A stretch of 64,000 nt of DNA from Mizuhopecten yessoensis (lineage: Eukaryota), in NCBI RefSeq assembly GCF_002113885.1, contig NW_018406268.1:1024880-1088879 (forward strand), given 5' to 3'. Position 1 is the first letter of the stretch. Each line of letters opens with the position of its first letter. The notes beneath the pieces were generated by a model. The model was given only the letters and a program-made list of their open reading frames with translations. It had not been told where the DNA came from and searched no databases. The translations under genes and the position numbers were made by a program. This document shows positions 37,126-50,956 of the stretch, in pieces.

Positions 37126-39784
37126 TGATTTGAAGAAGCTGTACACCCAGCTAGGACTTGGTGGAAGTTCAGCTGTTGGTGTGCCTGACATTTACGGTAC
37201 TTTATCAACAACTCATAGTTAATATCTGGCCATATTACCGATATTAATGGTGACAGGCACTGATCAGACAGATCGCCAGCGTGGTGAATATGTAGAGCTA
37301 TAGACAATGGTCAGACAGGCAGTACAGCAGAGGGAATATAGATGTTTGTTCGGGATATATTGGTCCACCTAAAACTGTTTCTAATTGTTGGCAGATTTGG
37401 TGGCAAAGTGTCTGGATTTATTGATTGGTCTGGATGTTGGGACTACGCATACTGTCCTGTAGGTCACTGAAGCAGCCATAACTAGTCAGCCTTCTCTTCT
37501 CCTGTACACAAGGTAAGTTAGAACACAAGGTCAATATAGAATCAGTATATCTCAAGGCAACCGATTTTATACTAGGCCATCAAATATTAAGACTTTTTTT
37601 GAAAATTGAAAAAATATTTAAAAGTGAATTGATAGAATTGAACATTCACTGAAAAGCTTACTGCTATTGGTTAGATTTGTGTAATTTTGTAGAGATATGC
37701 ATACCTTTAAACATAGAAAGACTAACAAATAAGAAGTGAAACAGTTGATACACACTAGAATAGAAGACATTTAACATTATTGCAAGTCTAGATCTGCTGA
37801 GCATTTGATTTTATATTTAATATGCAGCAGGTTATTCTGTACCACTGCTAAGAACTGTAGCTATACAAATCAAAAACTTTTTACCTGCATGAAGATAACA
37901 TTAATGAATTATTTCTGGAAAGAAACTGTAACCTCTGGGAACTTAAATGAAAAAGGTATATATACACAGATAAAGTAAAAAATAAAACCAACTATTGTGA
38001 TTTGAGAAGATTCTAAAAATGCATCAAAGTCAAACCAGGATTCAAACCCTGGACCTGTGATCACAATACAGTCATGCTAATATATATAACCCATTGGACT
38101 GCCTGATTGGCGATAAATCCCAGGCCCAATTAATCCCACCACAGTTACTGTACATCAAAACTGAAACTAAAGGGAGGTAACGTATACATTGTGTACATCT
38201 GTAGTGAAATTCTCGAGTGTTAGCCTGCAGTTGGCCAAGGATTCTTCAAAAAATCTTTCTAATCTAGATGATAACATGAGATCTCATAGCCTGATGGCTT
38301 TTCAAAATTTCCATCCATAAGTACATATGATCATTATTGGGGGGAATTTGATTTTGATTGGGGAAGGGTGTCTGGGGGGGGGGGGGGGGCAGGATATACA
38401 ATGAAGGTCAAGGGTCAAGGTTGCTGTTTAACTGAAAATAAAGCCTAATGTCTGTCAATATAATCTCCACATGTTTATGAATTATCATCATTGAAGGAAA
38501 TCTGACCTTAGTATCTTTTAAATAGTGTCATGAATATAGCTGTTAGGAAAACAAATTAACATCATAATATCCAGGTAATAAGTCAAATTTTCAGAAGTCA
38601 TTTTGTTTCTATTGCTGATTTCTAACTGGTTTATAAGTGATCTCTGCATGCTGCTGCCTTAATTGTTTTCCACTTTCTGTTTGAATACCTCATATATATA
38701 CTACTGTCATTTACCTGTCTGCTATATATTTATATGCATTTTCTGGTGCCCTTTCTGACCTGTATATATCAAAGTGTTCTAGTTTTTCACAATATGAAAT
38801 GTAAATCTTTTATAAACTTCAGACCAAGCACTTAATTTTGTAGATAAGCTGTTTGTGCTTACAATTGATCGGTTAAAGGATTGAATAGATGTGTGTATAT
38901 ATAGACACATTCAGCTGTCAGTTTTGAGGTGAATACAATACATAACATGTTTGTATATTTAATAAGGTATGAATTTGAATTCCACAAACCAAGTGTTGTT
39001 GATATTAAAAGGTACATTTGTATACGCATATATTGATCGAATAAATTCCGTGATATTTATAATAATTTGTCAAGGTCATGATTTTAAGAGTGCAAGATTA
39101 TTTTTTTTGTAACATTCAACTTTGCTATTTGTAAATTATTCAAAACCTGCGGGAATATTACTTGATATTTATTACTAGTGTGCAATAATGCATTGCATTT
39201 TATTATTCAAAATTTAATATCACGTCGTGTAATAGTAAGATATCATCGTAGAGTCAATATCACTGAGAGTGCTAAGCTGTAACAAATATAGTACGTAAAA
39301 GTGTAGTATACCTCTGCTGCTCTAATCTTGTCAACAAAGGTGTTGGGCAAGGAGAGCAGTCAGCTGGAAACGAGTGCCCCCAAGTGCCCCGTGTTCAAAC
39401 ATGCAGGTAACTTAATCCCTGATCTACATTTAGAAATCTCGGTTAAAAGCCAATACACACAAACAGTGTACTGTACACTGGCATGGGGTGACCAGACCAA
39501 AGCTATAGGCTCAGTACAGACATCATTAAAACAAGCATGGCTGTAAATAAAACAATGGTGATGAAATATTCACATGTTTTGTGTGTGCACTTGTTAACAG
39601 GTCCAGTGTGTACAGTCAGTGCTGTCTGATCACTGACACACGCAGACAGGTCATGCAACCTGCACTTGATCTGTAATATTGATCCATCTCTCAAAAGATT
39701 TTACATGTGAAAATTTATTATTTTTATTCAAAACAATCCTTTTAGTGATCATATTGAGCATAATATACATACATGATGGCAGAG

Positions 39785-40752
39785 TTGTTATCCAGGTATG
39801 AAGTTACAATACAGGTAGAAATACTATGTGGAATCGTTATCCAGGTATCAAGTTACAATACAGGTAGAAGTACTATGTGGAATCGTTATCCAGGTATCAA
39901 GTTACAATACAGTTAGAAGTACTATGTGGAATCGTTATCCAGGTACCAAGTTTCAATTTACTTTGATGTACTATATGGGTCATTGTTATCCAGGTATCAA
40001 GTTACAATACAGGTAGAAGTACTATTTGGAATCGTTATCCAGGTACCAAGTTACAATACAGGTAGAAGTACTATGTGGAATTGTTTTCCAGGTATCAAGT
40101 TACAATACAGGTAGAAGTACTATGTGGAATCGTTATCCAGGTACCAAGTTTCAATTTACTTTGATGTACTATATGTGTCATTGTTATCCAGGTATCAAGT
40201 TACAATACAGGTAGATATACTATGTGATATTGTTATCCAGGTATAAAGTACAATTAAGGTAGATATACTATGTGTCATTGTTATCCAGGTATCAAGTTAC
40301 AATTCAGGTAGATATACTAAATATCATTGTTATCCAGGTATAAAGTACAATTAAGGTAGATATACTATATGTCATTGTTATCCAGGTATAAAGTACAATT
40401 AAGGTAGATATACTATATGTCATTGTTATCCAGGTATAAAGTACAATTAAGGTAGATATACTATATGTCATTGTTATCCAGGTATCAAGTTACAATTCAG
40501 GTAGATGTACTATACATTGTATGTCATTGTTATCCAGGTATCAAGTTACAATCCAGGTAGATATACTATATGTCATTGTTATCCAGGTATAAAATTACAA
40601 TTCAGGTAGATGTACTATATGTCATTGTTATCCAGGTACCAAGTTACAATTTAGGTAGAAGTACTATGTGTCATTGTTATCCAGGTACCAAGTTACAATT
40701 TAGGTAGAAGTACTATATGTTATTGTTATCCAGGTATCAAGTTACAATTCAG
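39785..40752. repeat. ~49-bp minisatellite, ~20 copies
   Basis: Unit GTTATCCAGGTATCAAGTTACAATACAGGTAGAAGTACTATGTGGAATC. Confidence 0.95.
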
Positions 40753-43700
40753 ATGGAATCTGAATATATTGGACTGTAAGTTCTAGAGAACAACCGAATA
40801 TTATCTACGATGTTATGTGATACAGAAAAAAAGCCAGCTTGGATTAACTTTGTAGTTGTGTTTTACGTGTGTTCCATGGTATACATAATACAGGTATTAT
40901 AAATGCATTCCACTATGTTCTGATCTGATGTTGTAGATAGCACTTGTAAGTTTATTGTGCAGACGAATACTTTCACAAATACACAAGTGGGTTTGTATGA
41001 CCATTCACCACAAACAAGTGTTTTCTCTTTAAACTATTCTGTGATGTCAGATAAAAACTTGACACAGTGTTTGATTATTACATGCCTACAATTGTATGTT
41101 TTTTAAATACATGTCATAATTTCTACATAACATTACAGAGGATTATGGCAGAATTATCCCAGATTAACATCCTATTTGCTTCCCATAAGCTCTTGTCAGA
41201 ACAACAATGAGCTGATAACAAAACAACATCAAGGATAGAATAATGACATAACATTATACCAATACATGGAATGGTGACAAAATGTTAGGAAATCAAAATG
41301 TCAATCTGATCAATGTACATACATTGTTATTGCTGCAGTTTAATTTTGGCCTTTTTTCGCCCTCTGAAATTAGGGCCAATTTATCATTACAGCGAATGTT
41401 AGTAGACAACATAATATGCATAGTATTTAAATGTGATGGGGAAATAAACACTGTGCAAGTATGGATCATTCTGGCGAAGTGCGAATGTTTGACGCGGGTG
41501 AAATTTCCCAGTATACAGTATCAACAGACAACAGCATCTGCTGCAGATTTGACCACAAGTATCATACCACATTGTAATATTGTCACCTACATGTATATAT
41601 GCTGTATCTGAAACCTTGTATTACACGGCCTTGAATCCAGCTATATCACCATATACCAGGGTAATAAGTTTAAGCAATATTAATTTGTAATAAAACTGGT
41701 TGTATCACTGTTAATATAGGGTTTAATAAACATGGTATATACAGGTGAAGAATAGTTCTGCATTGTTCACAGAAGATTTTCATATAGTATATGGTTGCAT
41801 GTAAATTGGAAATTGATTATTACATATTCTTCCTAGTGGTAATACTGTTAATCCAGAAATAGGTGAAACCCTATGTACGTGTCTACAGGGACTGAAGTGT
41901 CAATTTGATAATTTGCTTTGTTGTTATTCAATATGCCATATTGTTATATAAGATGACTTCATAATATAATTATATAAGGAGCAAAGATATTCCAAAATTA
42001 TTAAAGCAGGTGAACATGAAGACCTAATGTAAGGTTAACTCCATAATGGACGTTCATGTGCAAACATTTCCTTGCAGTTTTAAGCTAGATCCACAGTTTG
42101 GGTCTATATAGGTCATCAGTAAGTTCAGGACTGTGTTTAAAAGCTCATGAGGCTCCAGATTATCAAGGTTTAACTCAAATAATGATAAGATATATATTCA
42201 TAAGTGAGGTAGTTATACTGAAATGTACACAGCTATCCCATTTCTGTCATTCACTCCACCATTCTGGTACAGTATATATATCTACCTGTACTGGTCCTAA
42301 CCGGTACCTATAGCTATCACCTGTATATCTGTAACCGAGTTACATATATTCCAAGTGTTTACACCCACTTTTGATTATTTACAATATGTGTATATGTAAC
42401 CCATTTACTGTAGCGTAAACATGTGTTCTTCTGTCTGTAACCCACATTATATACTCTTTGTTACGTAAACACGGGTCCTGAAAACCTCCTCTCCTCTTTG
42501 CAGTAACACCAACACGAGCCAATGTTCAAGTATAGAAGGAAATGAAACTACACACTGACTCAAGAGGATACCAACAGAACCCCATGAAAACAATATCTGA
42601 CATAACAAACATGGTAGGTAGATTACAGCATGCTATGTGTATATACTCGGTATGGCGTTACATATACAAGTACATGTAGAAGATTTTTATGTCATTCGCA
42701 TGATATTAATTTTCATGTAAATTTCATCTGAAGCATCAATCTCAAATCAATGTGTTTGGTATAGGTACGGAAAAGACGGATTGGAAAATGAAGCATGCCG
42801 AGGCATATAAGAGTAGATCCTGAACATACTTTATGGCCTTATACTGCAAATATGACAATCTCATATATTGTCTTACTTTTAATAGTATATGTTATTTTCA
42901 ATGTAGATACAGAACTACATGCAATCAAAGTTGTTTTCAATCATTACTCTTCGTTTTCACGAAATAGGAAGAAAAATGGTTTGACGATGAAAATAAAAAA
43001 AAAAATAGTGACTTAATTAAATGCCTTTTATAATTGATGTTGTATTGATATCAAATGTATTTATTATAGATTGTGTAATTTTAATATCTGACTTTGTTAT
43101 TAGCGGTTTTCATGCTGTTTTTCTCTTTCATCAAATTAGGCTATCAAATTTCAATCTGTTATTGACTTTGTGTAATTTGAGATTAGGACTACTTATATAA
43201 TAACAAACAAAAGAAATTGATAACATGTACAGTACATGTAGTAACCTACGTTTATATTTAGATGTAAATATTGACCAATGATAACACCAGTGTCTGACTA
43301 CATAGAGATACTGTAGATATCAGATCATTTATCACTATTTTAGATGATACAGCAAGATTACCACACATTTATAGTTTCAAGTTGAACTCAAATAGCACAC
43401 TCAGTAAATGAAAATCCCTCATTTGTTTTCTTAGTTATTGAGATTTGAAATGAAATCTTAAACTTATTTTCACAATTCTTGCCTCAATTTATTCGCTTGC
43501 TGAACCATCTTGGGAAATCTTAAAGGCAGAAAACATAATAAAATTTTAATTTGAAAAAAAATTCCTACCTAGTTATTTGAAAAATGTATGTCATTGATAT
43601 GTAAGATGAAAAACTATATATACCTCATCAGCAATAAAAATATACAATAACAAATTTTAACATGTTTTTCTTAGAATCTGTAAATTATGCAAAAATACTT

Positions 43701-44518
43701 TTTCTTTCAGTTCATTTAAGTTTTCTTTGGGTTTTCTGGGGATGACTTGGTGATTAAAGCGGGAATAGTGAAAATGGCGGAATATTTCTTTCAGAAATTC
43801 TAAGATGACAAAACTTAATTAAGTGGAATAGATCTTTCACGTATACACATATGTAGTTAACATACATATCATTAATATGTGTGTATAATGACATTTCATT
43901 GGTAGGAAGCCCAGTTTGTCAGAGGCAGAATTTGTGTCAGAATTTCATGTTCATTACAGTGTACATAGGAGACGATAGACACTGCATGCAGCCACGCTAT
44001 ACTGTTTCTGCTGAAAGGGGGTATATTTAGCTAATTACTGTAGTTGTATCACACCTCAATTTGATTAAAATAATTGATAAATTACCTCCACTAAAAAATG
44101 TTACATTTTATTTCCTGGTGCAAAAAATGTCTTTGTTAGAGAAAAAGTAACTAAGGTATTCAATTTTCTTGAAGCACTGGATGTAGAACACCAATTGATA
44201 CTGTAATATAATTATTTGGGTGTGAATGTAAAGATTAACATAATAATCTAACCGACACAAAGATATACAAGACAAAGGTGATTGTCATTAATCTAAAACT
44301 CAGTCGTAGAAATTGATCTACAAATTAGCTGCTATATCAATTTGAGTATTGATAAAAAGAACTTGGATAACCTCTGCTGCTGGTGAAGAAATCTATCTCA
44401 ATTATAGTGGGTCTTGTTGGGTTAGATTTTAAACTGTTGATCATCATTTCTCCAGATATATTTTTAAACTGTTGAAATTTAATTGTACACAGGCAAGCAA
44501 GGTAGAAGTACTATGTGT

Positions 44519-45623
44519 GCTCACCTGGCCCGAAGGGCCAAGTGAGCTTATGCCGTGGTGCGGCGTCTGTCGTCCATCCATCCGTCCGCCGTCCGGCGTC
44601 AATATTTTACTTTAATCAACTTCTTCTCAATAACCGAATGGCCTAGGGTGATGATATTTGGCCAGTAGCATGCTCGGATGAAGGGCTACCAAGTTTGTTC
44701 AAAAGAATGACCTTGACCAACTTTCAAGGTCAAAGGGGTCAAATGTCTTTAAACCACTTCCAACAATCCTTCTTTTCAATAACCAAAAAGCCAAGGGTAC
44801 TGATATTGGGCCTGTAGCATGCTGGGATGAAGGGCTCCCAAGTTTGTTCAAATGAATGACCTTGCCCAACTTTCAAGGTCACAGGGGTCAAATTTCTTTA
44901 AGTCTTTAAACGACTTCTTCTCAACCAAAAGACTCAGGGTACTGAAATTTGGCCTGTGGCATGCTGGGATGAAGGGCTCCCAAGTTTGTTCAAATGAATG
45001 ACCTTGACCAACTTTCAAGGTCACAGGGGTCAAATTTCTTTAAATCTTTAAACGACTTCTTCTCAACCAAAAGACTCAGGGTACTGAAATTTGGCTTGTG
45101 GCATGCTGGGATGAAGGACTACCAAGTTTGTTCAAATGAATGACCTTGACCCACTTTCAAGGTCAAAGGGGTCAAAAGTGTTAAAATCTTCAAACGACTT
45201 CTTCTCAATAACCAAAAGGCCTAGGGTACTGATATTGGGACTGTAGCATGCTGGGATAATGGGCTACCAAGTTGGTCAATAAAATGACCTTGACCTACTT
45301 TTAAGGTCACAGGGGTAAAATGTTGTAAAATCTTCAAACAAATTCTTCTCAATAACCAAAAGGCCCAGGGTACTGATATTGGGCCTGTAACTTGTTAGGA
45401 TGAAGGGCTACCAAGTTCGTCAAATGAATGACCTTGACCCACTTTCATCCTAATGTCCTTGTTCGACATTCAAGGTCACAGGCGTCATATATTTAAATCT
45501 TTTAACAGGTTCTTTTGAATCAAACACTGATATTCTGCCTGTAGCTGTATTTTAGTCCACTTTTAAGATTACAAGTATGAGATTAATACCAGGTGAGCGA
45601 TGCAGGCCCATTGGGCCTCTTGT
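44519..45623 (+). mobile_element. Complete Helentron-type non-autonomous element with ~6 x ~143-bp internal array
   Basis: Subterminal IR GCTCACCTGG...CCAGGTGAGC, 5' hairpin GGCCCGAAGGGCC, (GTCC)n-like microsatellite, tandem core, 3' hairpin AGGCCCATTGGGCCT followed by CTTGTTTT. Confidence 0.85.
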
Positions 45624-47203
45624 TTTCCCCGTCAGGATTTTGCCCCCATGTTTAATGTATTAGTGAAAAGCCTCAATTTGAAATATTCTTGCCTGTCAGA
45701 ATTGTTTCTGACAAGATTTCTGCTGTTCATGTACGTACAAGGCGTTAGAAATGGCAAAATGCCACTGTAATAACAGATTTACACCTTAGAAACCTACATT
45801 GTTTAGATCAGCTGCTTGTAACATATTCTACTGAACTGGTAAGCATCCAAAAATATGAGGAAGTAAAAAAATAAAAAAGTGTTTTACGCATGTAGAAAAC
45901 GTGTATATTACAGTGATTGTAACGCATCTTTAAATTTGACGATGTGAAAATCATCTATTTATTTTGAAAGATTGCTTTTGATGCAAGTGTCTTTCCTCCA
46001 GGCTTGATTTCCCTGTAGCACTCAGTGATAGTTTAGCACTATGTACCGTGTGGCATCATTCTGTTGAAGCAGTAATTGTTTCCATGTGATACCTGTTGAA
46101 ACTAGTCCACTAAAAACAAATGACATTACCAGTTGGCAGTCTGCTATGGGAGGTGTGTGTGTACTGGGGTAGGGGAGGGAGACTGTGTAATTCAGTGATC
46201 TGTTTGTCTAAAGGGGAGGGGTGGGGTGGACATGAGAGTGTACTCAGAAGGGGGTACAAAATTGTAACCTTGTGTCGTGTCTCTTTGTGGGGTGGGGCGA
46301 GGAATGTGAGGTTAGGGTGAACTGATTTAGAGAAAGTAGTTGGGGTTATAGGGATTAACTTGAGGAAGGGGAGGGTGCTTCAAGGCCTCTTGTTTTGCCT
46401 TTAAGTGGGGTAGGGCAAGGGGCAGGAGGTCTATGTACTGAGAAATTGGATGGGCTTTGCAAGGTTATCTTATGTCTTGCCTCATGGGGAGGAGGGGTAG
46501 GGAGGGGGCTATAGGGATCCCTTGTCTTACATAGGGGGTTTGAGGCAGGAGGTATGAGATATGTGTGTACTAGTACTGTAGTAGGGGATGAGACTGCAAG
46601 AAAACCTCTTGTCTTGTCACTTAGTGGGGTGAGGCGAGGTATAAGTACTGATGGGGGGGGGGGGGGGGGGGGGCGGCTACAAGAAGTAGAAGGTTTATAT
46701 GTACAGAGGAAGAGGGACCGGGACAGGAGGTACAGGGATCAGTTGTCTCTAAAGTGCTATTGGAGTGGGGAGCATGTAGTGAAGTGAGAATGACAGAGAA
46801 TGTTCATGCCAATTGTATGATACTAGTTAAAATTTAAATATGAATTGAAGAGGAGCTATATAAGTTCATATATTAACCTCCCCTCTAATCTTTCTCAAGT
46901 TTTTTTACAGCGATAAGGGGTCATGCTAACACATTTTGTAGACTCTAGATAGTGTGGTAAACCAATTGCTGTTTTGTTTACCTCAGCTTGTGGTCAGTAA
47001 TCTGTTGATAAGTAAAATGCAGGTAAAGCAAGCCTAATTAAGCTGAGCATCAATAAAATACTTTATTTCAGGGTCAGGTTTAGTGATCACAAGGTCAGTG
47101 AGCATGCTTTATAAAAGTACATTTGAATTATCTGTGTCCCATCACAGAATTGTATGTTGCTCAAATCTGTAAACCATTATACATGTATTTGTGTGCACGT
47201 GGC

Positions 47204-47685
47204 CAGGGTTTGACATTAACCTTTGTCTTGTAGTCCAAGACTATTAGATTAGAACAAGGACTACCCAACTAGTCCCTAGACTTCTAAAAATGATAGTATC
47301 TTAAATCAGAATCCATTAGATTGATGCATTGACTAGTAGTATTACGCCTTTCGAAAACTTCCAAAAACACAGGAATTTCGTGTTGATGATCAAACTTTTC
47401 TGGGAGGTCACCATTATTCCTCTGAAATAGGTTGCGATTTTCTCTACCGCCAGATCTCGAAGTAATAGTTAAACAAGACTAGTAAATATCTACAGGCCCC
47501 ATAATCATGAAACAATCTTAGACTTACCTGGTAAGTTTTTGCTTAGCCAATCACATATGACGTCACTTTTTGTGATGTTATTTGTGATTGGTTCAGTCAA
47601 AACTTAAGACAATTTTAGACTTAAGATCTTTTCATGATCTCGGGGACTGGGCTATAAAATACAAATAGTCAATGTCTAATCCTGG
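47204..47685. mobile_element. Degenerate CAGGG-ended MITE containing a nested ~155-bp GGCCC-ended MITE (47494-47650)
   Basis: CAGGGTTTGACATTAAC / GTCAATGTCTAATCCTG; inner AGGCCCCATAATCATGAAAC / TTTTCATGATCTCGGGGACT. Confidence 0.5.
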
Positions 47686-48834
47686 TGTCTGTATTCTGTA
47701 TATAGCTATAATTGTATAAGCTGTCTTTCGTCTTTATCTGTCGTATGATCCCCCTTCCAAGGCTTGTATACATTTATATACAACTAGACAAAGTAGAATG
47801 TGTGTTGCTTTTGCTTTAAGACAATAATACTTAACCTTTACAGTGACATTTAGTCGGAGATTAAATACATGTAGCATGTGTACCAAATATAACATGGCTT
47901 TGATAGCACCGTGTACATGTACTTATGTTCAGCGTTTTTTACGTCGTAAGACGGGGAGAGGTTGAATGGCGGCAGTGGCAGGTTGTACGAAACAGGTGAA
48001 GGACCTACGGTGCTCGTCTAGATCTCCCTGCAGTATATATTACATACTGTTATGTGTTATGTCGGAGAATGTCATGTGTTGTATGTGTATACCTGTAGGG
48101 TAATGTACATCAATTGGTGCTAAATGTCTCATGTTGTTCCCAGTTCTGTTTTGCCTTAGTTTTGTCAACATGCTAGTATTTTAGCACTGCAGCTAGCCAT
48201 ATGTTCAGGATAAAGCTAGTCAACTGGACGGCAGTAAGTTGTTTCGTGGATAAAATCTGGCAAGTTCTTTATTCAAAGATTTTTAATCCTTGATTGGCAT
48301 ATTATGGATTAATGTTGTATACACACACATGATGCACTTTTTGGTCTGGCACATCAGTACTAGAATTTTCCAGTAATGTCAAACAAGCTCTAGAACAGGC
48401 TAGCTGCAATGTATAATCACAGAAGCCAGCTTTGTTCTGTATAAGCTTAAAGGTACAGCATGGTTTGAAATGATTTACTGGTATACATTGTATAGTGTTG
48501 CTGTATATAGATATGCCTGATTAAAGTTTGTGACAAATAAGATGATTTTGCTGAGCATGCAGAATTTGTAGCTATGTCGACTGTGCTTTATTACTTGACA
48601 GCACTCTTTGGTCTGTACCCACAATACACTAAGGTAGTGCTAATGTGCACTGTACACACTACTACTGTCATTCTTTAGGCTGCAGCACATTATATGGTAG
48701 ATTCAATTTCTAAAACAACAGATTGAGAGTGTTGAAAAGAAATCCATTTAAAGCCCTAATTTGGTGTCATGATCTGTTCAGACAGAATAATGAACCATTA
48801 ATATTTTCATTATAGCAAATGAGCTGTTCAGTTG

Positions 48835-49315
48835 ACAATATATAAATATGACATTCATTAGCAGGTGACAGTGAATATTGTCAACCCGAGAAAACCATTG
48901 TCACCCGAGGCGAAGCCGATAGTGAAAATGGGTTTTTGAGGGTTGACAATATTCACTGTCACCTGCTAATGAATGTCATATTTATTTTGTTACACCAAAA
49001 GTCTTTGTAGCTCAGAAATGGCAGCAAACTTCGATAATGACATCTTGTTTGTTGATAGTCTGCTGTTCACAATCGCTATCGCACCGGCGCTTGATAAAAT
49101 TGGCTGTTGCCGTCAAACGTTCTTGTGACCATCACGGTGGGGAAACGAAGCGGTGAACGCACATTTTTCGCGCATGTGCTATTTTTTTAACTGTCTCATG
49201 GCAATATCACCCGCGCCCCTTAAAGCCAATGTATTTTCGGAGGGTGACAGGGATTTTTGTTTAATTTTCTCCCAACCAATCAAATAACTAGAAATTCACT
49301 TGAGGTGTAACAATA
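48835..49315. mobile_element. Non-autonomous DNA element with a long terminal palindrome
   Basis: Perfect 46-bp IR 48842-48887 / 48940-48985; short IR TTGTTACACC (48987) / GGTGTAACAA (49304). Confidence 0.55.
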
Positions 49316-50833
49316 TCTTAAGTGATATCAATATCAATGCTGTAGGTAAATTGTCTAGATATCTGGACAAAGGTCAGTGTGTAATTAGTTCCACTGTTAT
49401 GCATTGGAAGTCTCGTTCACCGAATTCGTGGTCTATAATGGTAGGTACATATACGCGGTCTGATATATAGTGCTGGATCAACGGTAATTACCAAGCCTAT
49501 ATTTAAGCCAGCTAATGCAGGACAAATAAGGTTGATATACAGTTACGTCCCTCGATTCCAGCAGCGGATATGTATCACTGTCAGCAGACTTCTTTGTTTT
49601 AGCAGACATGAAAGGTTGTCTGTCAGTACACAAATATATACTCTACATTTAAGTTGGCATTTCATGGTCATGGTTCAAAGGTCAAGGTCACTTGCAAAAA
49701 TAGAACATCTTTTGTCTTCGTTTAACTGGATTATTTTTTTCTGATTTGAATAAACTTTATACAAGTATTCCTCTACATAAACAGCTCGAAGGAATTTGTT
49801 TTCAAGAGTTGTTAATCTAAGATCAAGGTCACTGTTACTATAAATAGAAAATATTTGGTCATCATTCTGCTGGCTTAATTCATTTTACTTCAAGTAACCG
49901 AAATTCAAGGACCAAAACTTGACAGACGTGAGATGCATGCATGGCCAGTGGTTTATGATTATCTCCAGCTAATATTGTCTTGTTTTCCAGTTTCTTATGG
50001 GGAACTGCTTCTTGCAGATTTTCAAAATATTATTTGAATTGATTTCATTCTGATTGTTGCTCCATTAAAACGAATCAAAACGACCGATGAAATACATATT
50101 TGTTAATGAGGAGATGTCATGTACTGTAGTTAATTACATGGATTAGTTTCATGTGTTTGTACAGAATATGGCCGTATATTACTGGTGTATTAAAGGTAAA
50201 TATTAAACAAGACAATCCCCTGTAACGTTGTTTTTGGGTGGAGACTAACTACATTTGTACGTACTGTTATAGGTAACTGTGAACCTGTCCTTACATGTAC
50301 TTATTGGTCGTTAAGCTCACCTTCCTTATAGAATTAACAGAAAAAATCTAATTATTTTCAAAAAACTTAATAAAAATTGAAGAATTTTGTACATAAAATA
50401 AATTGCGTAACACAGCACTACTTTCCAGAATGTTGTGACCCATCCCTCCTGTCACCTAACTGCTCACTCCATAACACTTTACCAAGACATTAAACACTCG
50501 CTGTAATGTTTGGTGGTTCACCCTGTAGGTCACAATGCGCACATATTATAGCAAATTTATAGTTATTTTAGCTGTCAATATATCACAAACTCTTATATAG
50601 CGAGGAATCAGCGATGGATAAATGTCAGATAAAACATGAATTTTATTCAGAATGATTTAAAAAAAAAATGTCTTAATCTAGAATAACAGGGAATAGAATA
50701 GCAGAAAGAAAAATGTTTACATTTAATGGTAATATTCTTTATTATTATTTTTATTGATTTTGAGCTGACTCTGATTGGCTGAAACAACATCATGTGACCA
50801 CCTATAAAGGTAGTTATAAACCTGAGTGGTTTG

Positions 50834-50956
50834 CAGGTGTTCAAAAAAGTTGGTAGAACAAGTGTTATTGACCTGCTATAAATAGATTCTGGAACAGGTG
50901 TTCAAAAAAGTTGGTAGAAAAAGTGTTATTGACCTGCTATAAATAGATTCTGGAAT
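50834..50956. repeat. 61-bp tandem repeat running into an assembly gap
   Basis: Two copies of CAGGTGTTCAAAAAAGTTGGTAGAACAAGTGTTATTGACCTGCTATAAATAGATTCTGGAA before the N-run. Confidence 0.8.

Noticed and set aside
38030-38106. tRNA-like A/B boxes on the minus strand
   Set aside because: No cloverleaf; most likely a decayed SINE head, not a tRNA gene.
39828-40214. Three 62-aa repeated ORFs
   Set aside because: Products of the 49-bp minisatellite with GTG starts.
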